From Monodelphis domestica (taxonomy: Eukaryota), in NCBI RefSeq assembly GCF_027887165.1, contig NC_077233.1, forward strand, positions 136,241,080-136,305,079: a stretch of 64,000 nt of DNA, in the 5' to 3' direction. Position 1 is the stretch's first letter, and each line of letters opens with the position of its first letter. Positions 37,777 through 49,375 of this stretch are shown in pieces. The notes beneath the pieces were generated by a model that saw nothing but the letters and a program-made list of their open reading frames with translations, did not search any database and was not told where the DNA came from. The position numbers and the translations under genes were made by a program.

Positions 37777-38430
37777 CCATATTTATCTTCATATCCATAA
37801 TATCTAGCACAATGTCTGATATGTAGTCTAATGTTTACCATATTGTTATGTTTTATAGAAGCCTTACAAACAAGCTTCCCCTTTAAATGTTTTTTTATAA
37901 AACCTGTTATAGAATTGATACTGTGAATGTGAAATTTTATACCCCTTATGATTGTGATATATTTTATATTTTCCATAACTCTATAATAATACTCTATAGC
38001 TATTTTGTACTGCTATTGCCCCCCTCCACCTCTCCTTGCTAGCTGGCTAAGCTGTTCATCCTCATCTGCTCTGATATGATACTGGGCCAAAGACTTCAGT
38101 TTAATCTACAGGTTTCTGCCTCATAACTATTCAAAACCACTTATCTTTATGCTGACTTCTGCTGAATCATCATGGCACGTAGTACATTCATGCTAAAGGC
38201 AGAGGTTATGTCAGTGGCATGACTGGCCATTGAAGGGACAAAAGATACAGGACCAAGATGCACTGGACAATTTACTTGAGTTGGATAGCACTTTGTTACA
38301 TCACCTCTGTATGACTGGCTATATAAGGGGTCCTCTCTCAAGACTTGAGGCCTTCGGTTGCTAACTGGAATAACCACTCTGTTTTGTTTTTTATTTTTGG
38401 CTCCTCGGCTAATACATTTCCAACATAATA

Positions 38431-38595
38431 CTAAAAAACCAAGGCAGAAGAGAGGCAAAGGCTAGGCAGCAGGGGTTAAGAGATTTGCCTAGGGTCACGT
38501 AACTAGGAAGCATCTGAATTCAAATTTGAACCCAGGATCTCCCATCTCCTTGGCTGACTCTCTATCCACTGAGCTACCTAGCTGCCCCCTCCCCA
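38431..38595 (-). mobile_element. Marsupial tRNA-derived SINE
   Basis: Reverse-complement consensus ending ccactgagctacctagctgcccc. Confidence 0.8.
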
Positions 38596-41500
38596 TGATT
38601 TAAATTTTTTAAAATTTATATTGTCATTTTTTTATCATTTTCATTTTTGAATATATATGTTCTCCCTCCCCTATTCAATGAGCTATTCTTTTTTTTTTTT
38701 AACAAAGAATAAAAAAGAAACAGAAAAAATATAGTACACGAAAACTAAACAACACATTAGCTGAGACTGCCAGCATGTGCAGTGTTCCATGTGTATAGTC
38801 TTCCACCTCTGCAAGTAAGGGAGAGAAGTGAATTTTCTCATTTCTTCTCTGTCTCAGAGCTTGATTGTTACAGTAACATAGCTTTCATTTTAATTTTGTT
38901 GTTTCTCTTTTCACTTACATTGTTCTCGTCAACATGTGTTTCATTTTTCAGATGCTGCTTACTTCACATTGCCTCAGTTCATCTTTCTGAATTCTCTATA
39001 TTCTTTGCTTCTTGCAGCACAGTCATTTTCTATAACATTCATGTACTGCATTTGTTTAGCAATTTACAAATTGATGGAAGTCCATTTTGTATCCAATTCT
39101 TTGCTACCACAAAAAGTAATACCAAGAATATTCTGGTATATCTGGGACATTTTCTCTCACTATCCCCAGTGCCTGGTTCATATCTCTCTCTTTATTTTTA
39201 CTTCCTGGCTTCTTTGATTTCCTTCAAGTTCCAGGGAAAATCCCACCTTAAAGAAACCTTTGCTGATTCCCCTTAATTCTAGGGTTTTCCTTCTGTTGAT
39301 TCTATCCAGTTCATTCTGTATACAGCTTGTTTGTACAAAGTTGTTTGGGCAGGGGACTGTCTTGTCTTTCTTTGTACCTCCAGTGCTTATAAGGTACAGT
39401 GTCTGCACAGAGTAGAAGTTTAATAAATGTTTGCTGACTGTCTTTAACCTCTTTTCTCCATAATGTTTCAAATGTCACTGTCAGTAGCTCAGTAATCACA
39501 TTGGAAATTTTGAAATTTCTTTCTATTGTTGAGAATATAGTTTATTTGGGCTAAGTAACTTGAATTCAACAAGGACAACTCACAAACTCTTTTATTGATG
39601 TGGACTGAAATGTCCCACAAACCCTGACAAGTAGTTGTAAACAATCAAAAGAACATAGAAACAATACCTAGTTGTTAAGTATGAGGCCACCTTTCAGATA
39701 AGACATATATGAGTTGCTTAGATTCATAATTATGAGACAACTTCTCATATTAATCTTTAGACATAACCTGGGTCCTTGCTTGGGGTCTCTGGACAGCAAA
39801 CATAGGTGGTTCAGTTTTCTTGTCACTTAGGACTAGTTTCAAACACACATTCACTGTGTTCCTTAGAGTCTGGGTAGAAAAGAGCAAAACTTGATCTATA
39901 GTTATCCCAGGGTATTTAATATATCATTAGCATCTCATTTACATTGTGGTTTGCTCCCCCATTCCCCACATTGGGCAAACAGAATGTACCATGGGTAAAG
40001 CCAGGGAGACCAAAGTGGACCCCAGGTAAAGTGACATTAATTCCTTGGAAACACAGGGCAACAACTGCTCAAACAAATAATCTCTTCCTTAGTAACTAAT
40101 CAAGATAAAAAGTCTTCCTGAAAACCCCTACCCATTTTCTTTTTAACTCTTACTTTCACCTTTGTTTGGCTTACTTATTTACCTACCTTACCTACTATAC
40201 TAGTTATTCTGTTATTATATTCTTTTATAATAAAGCTTGTTTTCTCAAAATAGTCAGTTTGAGCCATCAAACAATTCCTTAGACAAGACCCAATCACCTT
40301 GCCCCCATTTTTTCTTTTGGTATCAGTGCCTATGCAACACCTATTTAATCAGGGACAATTTGTCACTCACTGGTGGGATTGGAAGCCTCTTAAGGACTGT
40401 CAATTTTACTTTTCAGGCTACTATTTTCCTTTTGTCATTTTTCTTCAACCTGTCATTTGATATTTAAATTCCTTTTTGAGTTTCTCCATAGCCTGCATCC
40501 AGTTCTCTGTTTTTTTGTTGTTGTTGGGTTTTTTTTTGAGACTTTGCTTGCTGTTTCCTGTACCTCATCCTCATCCACTGGTTCAGTTCTTTGATCCTTA
40601 CCCCCATAGAAGCTTGCAATTGTAGCTTTTTTTTTTAAAGCTCTGTCTTAATTATGTATACCCATCAGCAGCAAAATCCCATAACTTTGGTGTTGTCTTT
40701 TGCTCAGTGGAAAAACTCTGTCTGTGATTAGAAAGGATGTTAGATATGACTAGTCACTATAGATAGTGAAGTTCTTTGAAAAGAGGTCAGAGAATAGAGA
40801 AATAGTTGTGATGAAAAAAGCAGTTTCAAGCAATTCTAAAACATCTCAGAGGTCCTCATATTAAAAAGTTTGGGGCTATGCCTTTTATCTTCATAATGAC
40901 CTCAGAATTATACATAGTCAAATATAATTTTTAGAGCTCATTGGAGCCCTAGAAATCAGCTAACTTACTGTCTAGAGTTGGGTGGGTTTTCCTACCCATA
41001 GTGATCCTAGACTATGCAAATAGAAAATGTTTATTCAATAAACAGTTGTTAATCATCTTATCTTCAAACTATAGAAGCTGTTGGAGACTGAGTAATCTCC
41101 CAGAGTTAGGATGAAATCAAACTGAGGTCTATAGCCAAACTGGAACTTTTCTGGGATATCAAAGAATAGAACAGTGGGCTAAGGGGAGGTAGGGCATTAT
41201 GGCACAATGTAAGGAACATTTTATAAATATAAATAAAATTAAGGGACTTGAGACTGAAGCCTGTCTCTGGCACTTACTATCTATATGGGCAAGTTACTTC
41301 CCCTTTTCAGTTCTCAGTTTCCTCATATATAAAATGAAAAGATGAACCTGATAACATGCAAGGTCCCTTTAAACTCTAAATCTTTGATCTTCTGACCTCT
41401 AAGTTGAATCTTGACATCTTCAGGTGCATCTCTCAGAAGTCTGAACATTCAGTAACCAAAACCTTAGGCTTTGCTCTAGAACTCAAGGAATTAAAAGAGA

Positions 41501-42307
41501 GGTAGGAACTTAAGGATTGGGGTCAGACACAGAGATTTGTGGGAGAAGCAGGAGGATGGGAGGGATAGGGCCAAGTGGGTAGAAGCATATGCAGTATAAT
41601 CTCCATTAAATGAATAAGTCAAATTCTCATAGGTTCAGGACTGGTTTGTTGCTATCTTTTTTTGACCTCTGGATAAATTCCCAGACCCTATAACCCAAAA
41701 AGACAGTAGAAGGTCCTAGCAGCTGGAAACTATGAACAAAGGAGAGCTACAGTCACAAACAAAACAAAACAAAACAAAAAGTTTTCATACTGGGGAGCAG
41801 AGGAGTACTACTCCCTCTTCCGGTCCCACCTCACCCCAGGAAATGGCTCTTACCACGGTGACCACATCCCCCCTGTTTCCATAGAAACACCTGGGAGGAA
41901 GAGGGTGGCAGGGAGAGCTGGGTCACAGTTTCCTAACTGCCTGCCCCGAATGGGCCCTGTTTGTGCCTATTTGGGGACTCCACCCCACTGGATGCCCTGC
42001 CAGCATGCATTGAAGTGATCATTCCTCAAAGTGGGTGAGAACAGAGGCCAGTGGAGTATCTGAAGAAACCAAGGTGAGGAGCAAGGGTAGGGAGGAGAGT
42101 TTGGAGGACCTGGAGAAAGAAAAATAACTGAAGATTCAAATCAAAGAGAGAGAGAGACTTGAAGAGGTGACAAGTCAGAGAGAGATGGGCCTTGAGAAAC
42201 AGAAAGATAGACCTGGTGGTGTAGAATGGAGACAGAGAGGCAATAGGAAAGACTTCGAGACACACAGAGAAAAAGTGACCCAAGACCTCAAGAGATTGAG
42301 AAGGGAG

Positions 42308-42312
<5 letters not shown>

Positions 42313-42376
<64 letters not shown>

Positions 42377-42389
42377 AGAGAGAGAGAGC
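42313..42389. repeat. (CA)n followed by (GA)n, compound microsatellite
   Basis: (ca) about 31 units, then gagagagagagag. It lies inside a 550-bp purine-rich tract (42100-42660). Confidence 0.95.
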
Positions 42390-42879
42390 TAGAGAGGAAA
42401 AAAACCAAAGACGGAGAGAGAGAATGAAATAGACTATATTGGCAAGACAGTAACAGACTTGGAGAGACAGTAACAGAGATACAGAGACTGGAAATCAGAC
42501 TTGAGACATAGAGATATAGTCAATGAAAGACAGATTTGGGCAGAGATAGACCAGGAAAAAAAGACAAGGGGATAAATTTAGGGAGAGATGAGAGAGACTA
42601 AAAACAAAAGGAGAGATAAATTTGGAAAAAGACCCTGAAGCATCCAGGACACCCCACCCCAACCTCATTGTCCCCCCAAAACACAAAAAAGGCAGCAGAA
42701 AAAAGGAGCAGAAACTACTGTAGGCATTGGGAAGAGGCAGGCTGACTGGGCCCTAGGGGCTAGAAAGATATTTCTGTCTTTTCTTCCCCCACTATTTCCT
42801 CTTAGGCAAGGTTTAAGGGGGGAGAAAAGGGACCCAGAAGACTCTTTAAATGCCAATGTGAGGGACATCTGACTTCTGG

Positions 42880-43157
42880 AATGGATGTGAAGCCCAAAAT
42901 GCTGAAGTATTTCTCTTCTCTCTGCCTTTGTCTCTCACTCTCTATCCCCATCTCTCTTTTTCTCTTCTGTCCTGCTCTGTGTCACCTCTCCTCTTTACCC
43001 ATCTCTCCTTCTTCCCCCTCCTCTTGGTCTTTCTCTGTATATCTGTGTGTACCTGTTTTTCTTTCTGTTTCTTGTCCCTCCCTCCTTTCTTTCTTCCTTC
43101 TCTCTTTTTGTCTCCCTAACTCTTCCATTTCTGTCTTTCCATTTCCTCTCCCTCTCC
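42880..43157 (+). repeat. About 275-nt polypyrimidine (CT-rich) tract ending at the AG acceptor preceding the C16orf54-like ATG
   Basis: The plus strand is almost exclusively C/T (tctctgcctttgtctctcactctctatccccatctctc...tcctctccctctcctag). Confidence 0.85.
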
Positions 43158-43160
43158 TAG

Positions 43161-43814
43161 ATGTCTGCACCTCTGGAACAGCTTCCTGGGCAGGTGGAGA
43201 ACCCAGTCATGCACCAACCCTCGCAGTGGCCCCCTATCCTGTGTGGACCCTGCATTCCTATCATGCTGGCCCTGGCCTTGCTGGCTGCTATCTTCCTCCT
43301 GGCCACAGCAGTCCTGGCTGAACGCCTATTCCGCCGTTCTCTCAGATCAGATCCTAGTGTCGGGAGACCTAGCCTGGTCTGGCGTCCAGGTGGGGAGCTG
43401 TGGATTGAGCCTGTGGGGACACCCCATGAACGATCTGAAGACTGGTATGGTGCAATAGCCCCTCTTCTGCACTCCCAGGTTACGGAAGCCACAATTCCTA
43501 GGGGCACTTTAGAGGCACAAGCTACAGCACCTCCTAATCCAGATTCCCCTCCCTGTCCCTCAGTTCTTCCCTGGGCCCCTGAGTCCCCTGGGAGCACATT
43601 CTGGATGGCAAATCCTTGGGAAGAAAGGCCTCGGACTACTGGTCTAGTAGGATGGTGTGAGCCACAGCCAGGGCCAGAACCCTTAAGCTCACCATTTTAT
43701 GGCAGTCACAGGCCAGGGAGCCCTGAGCCTGACTGGGGCCTACAACCACGGGTAACTCTGGAGCAGATCTCAGCTTTCTGGAGAAGAGAGAACAGGGTTG
43801 GTGGAGGACCCTGA
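43161..43814 (+). CDS. C16orf54: Single-pass transmembrane protein, 217 aa, probable C16orf54 orthologue (DUF4689-like)
   Basis: The ORF, stop included, has a TM helix PIMLALALLAAIFLLATAVLA. Its motifs CGPCIPIML, AVLAERLFRR, LVWRPGGELWIEP, RERSEDWYG and GLQPRVTLEQISAFWRRE are the ones I recall from human C16orf54. A 3' splice site (ctctcctag|ATG) directly abuts the ATG, implying an upstream non-coding exon. The strand is opposite to ZG16/KIF22, as in human 16p11.2. Confidence 0.7.
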   Translation: MSAPLEQLPGQVENPVMHQPSQWPPILCGPCIPIMLALALLAAIFLLATAVLAERLFRRSLRSDPSVGRPSLVWRPGGELWIEPVGTPHERSEDWYGAIAPLLHSQVTEATIPRGTLEAQATAPPNPDSPPCPSVLPWAPESPGSTFWMANPWEERPRTTGLVGWCEPQPGPEPLSSPFYGSHRPGSPEPDWGLQPRVTLEQISAFWRRENRVGGGP

Positions 43815-44599
43815 AAAATGGACTCTTTGGCTTGCCTCATTCCCATTAGCCTTCCTGCAGAGACCTTCCTCCATTCTAATAGCCTATGGGAAGCTGGACC
43901 TACAGAGAGTCAAGTGACACTCGGGGCCCATGGATACAGGACTCTGGACTCCATCTTGGGATTCTAGACAATCCCTCAAAGAAGAGAGGTGGGACTTGGG
44001 GAGGATCCTTAAGGACTGAGTGCTGAGCATTTCTAAGAACATCAAGACATCTTTCTTCTGGACTGTGGGATCAGGCTGGGCATGGACGAGAGTATTCACT
44101 CAATTGAGTCAAATGGAATCCTAGCTCACCCTATGATGAGGTTAAGCCTCAGAGGATCTTGAAAGGCTGGCAAATGCCAGTGGATGCTAATGAAACTATA
44201 AAGCCACCAGAGTAAGAATATTGACTGTGTTAAATGTAGGAAATGGACATTTCTTTCCTTCCTTTTCCTTGTATTTAATCTCCTACCTGCTGTTCCTGAT
44301 CTCATCCTCTTTGTCTTTTTAACTATGGTGACTAGACCTCTTTCCAAGCAGGTAGGATGCCTCCTTCTGTAGATAAAAGGACTTTTATCTTCATAACTTG
44401 TAAATGTAGATATTTTTCAGTGTTATTGTGATGATGAACAAAAGACAGATGGCTGACTTCAGTTCACTTCCAGGAATTAGGGCTAGAAGACATTTTAGAA
44501 ACCCTCAAGTTCATCCCTGTCATTTTATAGATGAATTAACTGCAGATTAAAGAAGAAAAGGAACTTGCCTAAGCTACCTAGCCAGCATATGTCAGACAC

Positions 44600-45115
44600 C
44601 ACGTCTCTTAACTTCTAAGTCAGGCATCTTCCCCCCCAACCCCCAAATAGTATTTTATTGCATTTACCCCCAATTACATGTAAAAACAAATGTCAACATT
44701 TGTTTGCTGATAATTTGTAATCCACATTCTCTTCCTTTCTCCCCAAGACAGTAATCTGATAAGAGTCATACATGTGCTATCATACAATACATATTTCCTT
44801 ATTTGTCATGTTACATATTGCACATATAAGAAAAAATTCATGAAGGAAATAAAGTAAAAAGTGATATGCTTTGATCTGCATTCAGACTATCAGTTGCTTC
44901 TATGGGGGCATATAACATTTTTCATCATGGATCCCTTGGAGTTGTTTGTCTTGGATTCTTGCATTGTTGGTAATCGTTGTCATTCACAATTGATCATCAT
45001 ATACTATTGTTGTTATTGTGTATTGTGATGTTCTCCTGGTTCTGCTCACTTCATTTTGTATCAGCTCATATCAATCTTTCCAGGTTTTTCTGAAATCATC
45101 AGATCAGGCATCTTT
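44600..45115 (-). mobile_element. L1 3'-end fragment
   Basis: Shares gatatgctttgatctgcattc(t/a)gact..tcctggttctgctcacttcat with 18600-18800. Confidence 0.55.
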
Positions 45116-46730
45116 CTACTGCATCTTCATGAACGAGAGATGAGGGGAGGCCTGAATAAGCTAAGATCAAGATGGTATTATATGAGGAATGAGGGAAGCT
45201 AAACATGGCCTGAGAAGGCTAGCTCAGGAAGATGGTGGTATTGGGGGAGGGAGAAGGGTTGGAGTTGAGGGTAGTGCCTGTGGGACCTTTACATGGAGGA
45301 CCTTCCTTCCTTGAGGAGAACAGAGCTGATCTGGATTCCAAAGGAGAAATTAAAGAAAAAGGAGATTTCTTCAAGAGGTATTCAATTTGGCAAAACATTT
45401 ACTAAATATCTACTATGTATTGTGTTACGTGTTGGGGTCACTACACACATAAGATAGGATCTTCATCCTCAAATAACCTATGATCTAATAGAAGGGGTAT
45501 AACACATGTACCTTGATAAATTATTTTTACATGAAAAAATCCATGATTTAGGTTACAAAATAATGAAATGTTTATGAAAAGTCAGAACACTGGAAAGGTT
45601 CAAGGGAGTGACAGATGATTTTTGTCTAGAGGGAATCAAAAAGGTTGTGTGTGGCATCTGAGCTGGTCTTGGAGGAAGAGAGGGATTCCAAGCATCAGAG
45701 GAGTAGGAGGGACTTCATGCAAATGAGTAGTGATGGGAGAAGAGTCAGGGAACAACTGGTTGTCCATTTGACTAGAATGCAGAATATGTAAGTCATGTTA
45801 AGTCAGTAAGCACTGATTAAACTTTATATGTGCCAGGGCTTAGGGCTAGAATATGTAAATATAAAACAAGCAGAAAAAAAAAGAAATGGGGGTATGGAGG
45901 TAGAGAGATGAAGGTACCCAGTGCTGGGGCATAGTAGAGAAAATGCAGAGAATCAGGAGGGCAGCTTGGAGAGGAATGAAGACATAGTTGATTTGGGCAT
46001 CCTCTCAAATGTGTAAGGGGAACTAATGTGAAATGAACCTCAAAGCTTAGGCTGATGTTGTCTTGTAGAGGACCTTGAATGCTAGGATCAGAAGGTAATT
46101 TTTTAGCATTGGGAAAAAAAAAAACTTAGGCTAAAAAGGCTCTGCTTAGGGACCTAAGCAGAGAGACTACTTACTGACTGAGGGAGTCATCATAGTATAA
46201 TGTAAAAGAACCTAGATCAGGATCTAGGAAACCTCACCAGTCACCTTTGCTGACTTAGTGTAACCTCGGGTAAATATCCTCTCTTCTTGAGGCAGGCCTC
46301 AATTTTCATTTCTGTAAAATAAAAGGATTGTACTTGATGGCCTTTGATGTCTTTTATAGGTCTGACATCCTGAAATTCTGTGAAATTCCTTACCAAAGCT
46401 AGATTCCTAAACTGGACATAGAGAGATACTGCAACAATACTGTGTACCTACTGTGTGGCAACTTGCTTGTACCTTGAACTTCAGATCCATCACATTGGAA
46501 TAAAATAATTTATGCCACTCTAAATAGTAGGCAGAACGTGATATGACAGCTGAATTTTTATTCTGGAGGAAAAGGGAAGCCATGGAGGCCAAAATGAAGA
46601 GATTTGCTATCCCTTAGGTGTTCAAGGAATGACAGCCTACAAGATCAGTGGAGAAAAACACTCCGACTAGTCAGTAGGACGCTACATGTTTCACCCTGCC
46701 TGCCTCCCACTATCCTCAGGGGTCCAGCAA

Positions 46731-46746
46731 CCCCCCCCCCCCCCCC
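46731..46746. repeat. Poly-C (C16) homopolymer
   Basis: Read directly from the sequence. Confidence 0.95.
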
Positions 46747-47963
46747 ACTGGAGTTATTTTTGTCATCATTGATCAGCATTTATTGAATTGAGTACCTACT
46801 ACATGCAGGATCCAGTATTCGTACTCTGGGGAATGCAGGGATAAAGGGTCCCGCCCTTGGTGAGTTCATTATCCCCTTGGGAAGATTGGACTTCAGCATG
46901 GATAAAGATAGCTACAGATGTAAGGTCATATACAATTGCCAAAAAATGTGATGCAATGTGGAGGGCGGAAAGAGCCCCAGACAGAGAGTCATGAGACCTG
47001 GTTTCAAATACCACTTTCTAGTGTTTTGACTCTGAGTAAATGCCTTAAGCTTTTTGAGCCTCAGTTTCCTTATCTATTAAGTGGGGCTAATGATGTCTTT
47101 ACTACCCACCTCAAAGGGTCGTTCCAAGGCTCAAATGTGAGAAAGGTTGTTAAGCCCATTGCAAACTTTAAAGCAAAATACGAGTTGTCATTAGAATGGA
47201 GACTTTAGACAAGTCATTTTCCCACTCTGGAATTCTGTTTCCCACATGGAAAATGTTGGCATTCAAGGCCTCATATCATATTGCTCCCCTCAATGTGCTA
47301 TTAAACTCGACTACTCTGTTCCCCAAATATACCCCATGCTTTCTTACCTGTGAGGGAAAAGGCTCTGCGAACCTTTGCTCATATTATCTGAAATGTCCTC
47401 TCACTGTCTTTTTGCTTGTGGAATTATGATCCCTCCTTAAAGTCTGACTCATATCTCCCTAACCTTCCCTGATTTCCCCTCAGATTAGTAACAGCATCCC
47501 AACCCTCAGGCATGTATGTATTATTGTATATTATTCAATCCAATGAACATTTGCCTATGCTGAAGGCATTATTGTAAGAAGGCAAAAAATGAAGCAATCT
47601 CTGTCCCTAAGAGGCTTAAACTCTGTTGTAGTAACATAGGCACACATACACTTAGTAGATCATTTGAAGAGAGAAGAGATCACGGTAACAGCTGAGGAGA
47701 TCAGAGTTTTCCTTCGAGTAAGTAGGGTGTAATTTGAGCCTTGAAGATAGCCAAGAATTCAGAGTCAGAGTGGAAGAGGAAGTAAATGGATGGCTCATGT
47801 AAATACATGGAGGGGAGAAATGGCATGTTAAGATCCTGGAACAGCTTGTAGTTCAGGTTAGCTGGGAATTTGAAGGCTTGAAGGGGAAAGGGAGCAAGCA
47901 TTTAAGCAATACCTATTTTGTGCCAGGTACTGTGCTAAATGCTTTACAAATAAATTATCTTAG

Positions 47964-48142
47964 GGGCAGCTGGGTGTCTCAGTGGATTGAGAGCCAGGTT
48001 CCAATCTGACCTTAGATACTTCCTAGCTGGGTGACCCTGGGCAAGTCCCTTAACCCCCATTGCCTAGCCCTTCCCACACTTCTGCCTTGGAACCAATACA
48101 CAGTATTGATTCTAAAATGGAAGATGAGGGTTTATAAAAACA
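47964..48142 (+). mobile_element. Marsupial tRNA-derived SINE
   Basis: ggggcagctgggtgtctcagtggattgagagccagg...gggtgaccctgggcaagtcccttaacc. Confidence 0.85.
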
Positions 48143-49179
48143 AACAAATAAACAAAAAAATAAATCATCAGGTTGGATTCTCACACAACCTTGGGAGGTA
48201 GGTGCTATTATTATACCTACTTTACAGATGAGGAAACTGAGATGAGCAACAGTAAAGAGGATTGCCCAGGGCCACAGGTCTGAGATTTAAAGGTTGCAGA
48301 TTTAAAACTAAGTAATGAAAAAATAAAGCTGGACGGGGGTGTTCTGGACAAGTCAAAGTCATATTTTGGACAGATTGAGGAGTGTGCATTTTATCCCAGA
48401 AGTAACAGAAAGCTACTAAAGGCTTTCTGAGGAAAAGAGTAGAGCAATCAGAGCTTTCCCAAATAACTCAAATACTCATCCGATATGACTCATCGGAATT
48501 CTCCCTGAAATTTACCACATGGAGATTCCCCAACATGCTGGAGACCTTCCTTGCATTTAGGCCCATAAGATATCATCAGATTTTAAGAAGATTATTTTGG
48601 CAACTGTGTGGAGGATTCATTGGAGAAGAGAATTTGGAGGCAGGGAAGCCAACAAGAAGGACCTTACAACAATGAAGGCAAAAGGTCATAAGGGCCAAAA
48701 CTAGGTTGCCTGTATAAATAGAGAGATGGAAACAAACAGATGTGTGAAATATTGTGGAAGTTTGGTAATAGCTTGATCATGAGAGGCTGAAGGAGAGGGA
48801 AGAGTCAGGGATGATTCAGAGGCTGAAAATAGGGGTAACTGGTTTTCTTAACAGAAATATGGAAGTTAGGAGAAAGGGCATTCGTAAGGGGAAAGATCAT
48901 GAGTTCTGTTTTGGATCAGTTGAGATGCTGAAAGCTTCCATTTTTTCCTTTTTAGTGTCTGTAACAGGAATAAGCGTTGTATTTTGTCAAAAGTCTTTTC
49001 TGCCTCTATTGAAGTAATCATATGTTTTTTTTTGTTTTGTTATTAATATGGCCAGTTATGCTTTTAGTTTCATATTGAACCAGCTCTGCATGCCTGGTAT
49101 GAATTCAGCCTGGCCCTGGTGTATGATTTTTATGATATATTGCTGTAATCTCTTTGTTTGTATTTTATTTTATTTTTAA

Positions 49180-49375
49180 AGACCCTTACCTTCTATCTTA
49201 GAATCAGTACTGTGTCGTGGTTCTAAGGTAGAAGAGTAGTAAGGGCTAGGCAATGGAGGTTAAGTGATTTGCCCAGGGTCACACAGTTATAAAGTGTCTG
49301 AGGGCAAATTTGAACCCAGGACCTCCCATCTCTAGGTCTGGTTCTCAACCCACTGAGCCATCTAGCTGCCCCCTC
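49180..49375 (-). mobile_element. Marsupial tRNA-derived SINE
   Basis: Reverse-complement consensus. Confidence 0.85.

Noticed and set aside
38782-39276. 164-aa plus-strand ORF
   Set aside because: AT-rich and Phe/Leu/Ser-rich, with no domain similarity. It is flanked by SINE and MIR fragments and has no splice-site support.
42881-43597. ORFs 42881-43321 (+, 146 aa), 43243-43458 (+) and 43157-43597 (-, 146 aa)
   Set aside because: The first is a translation of the CT-rich polypyrimidine tract that continues out of frame into the real CDS. The others are alternative-frame or antisense readings of the GC-rich C16orf54-like exon.
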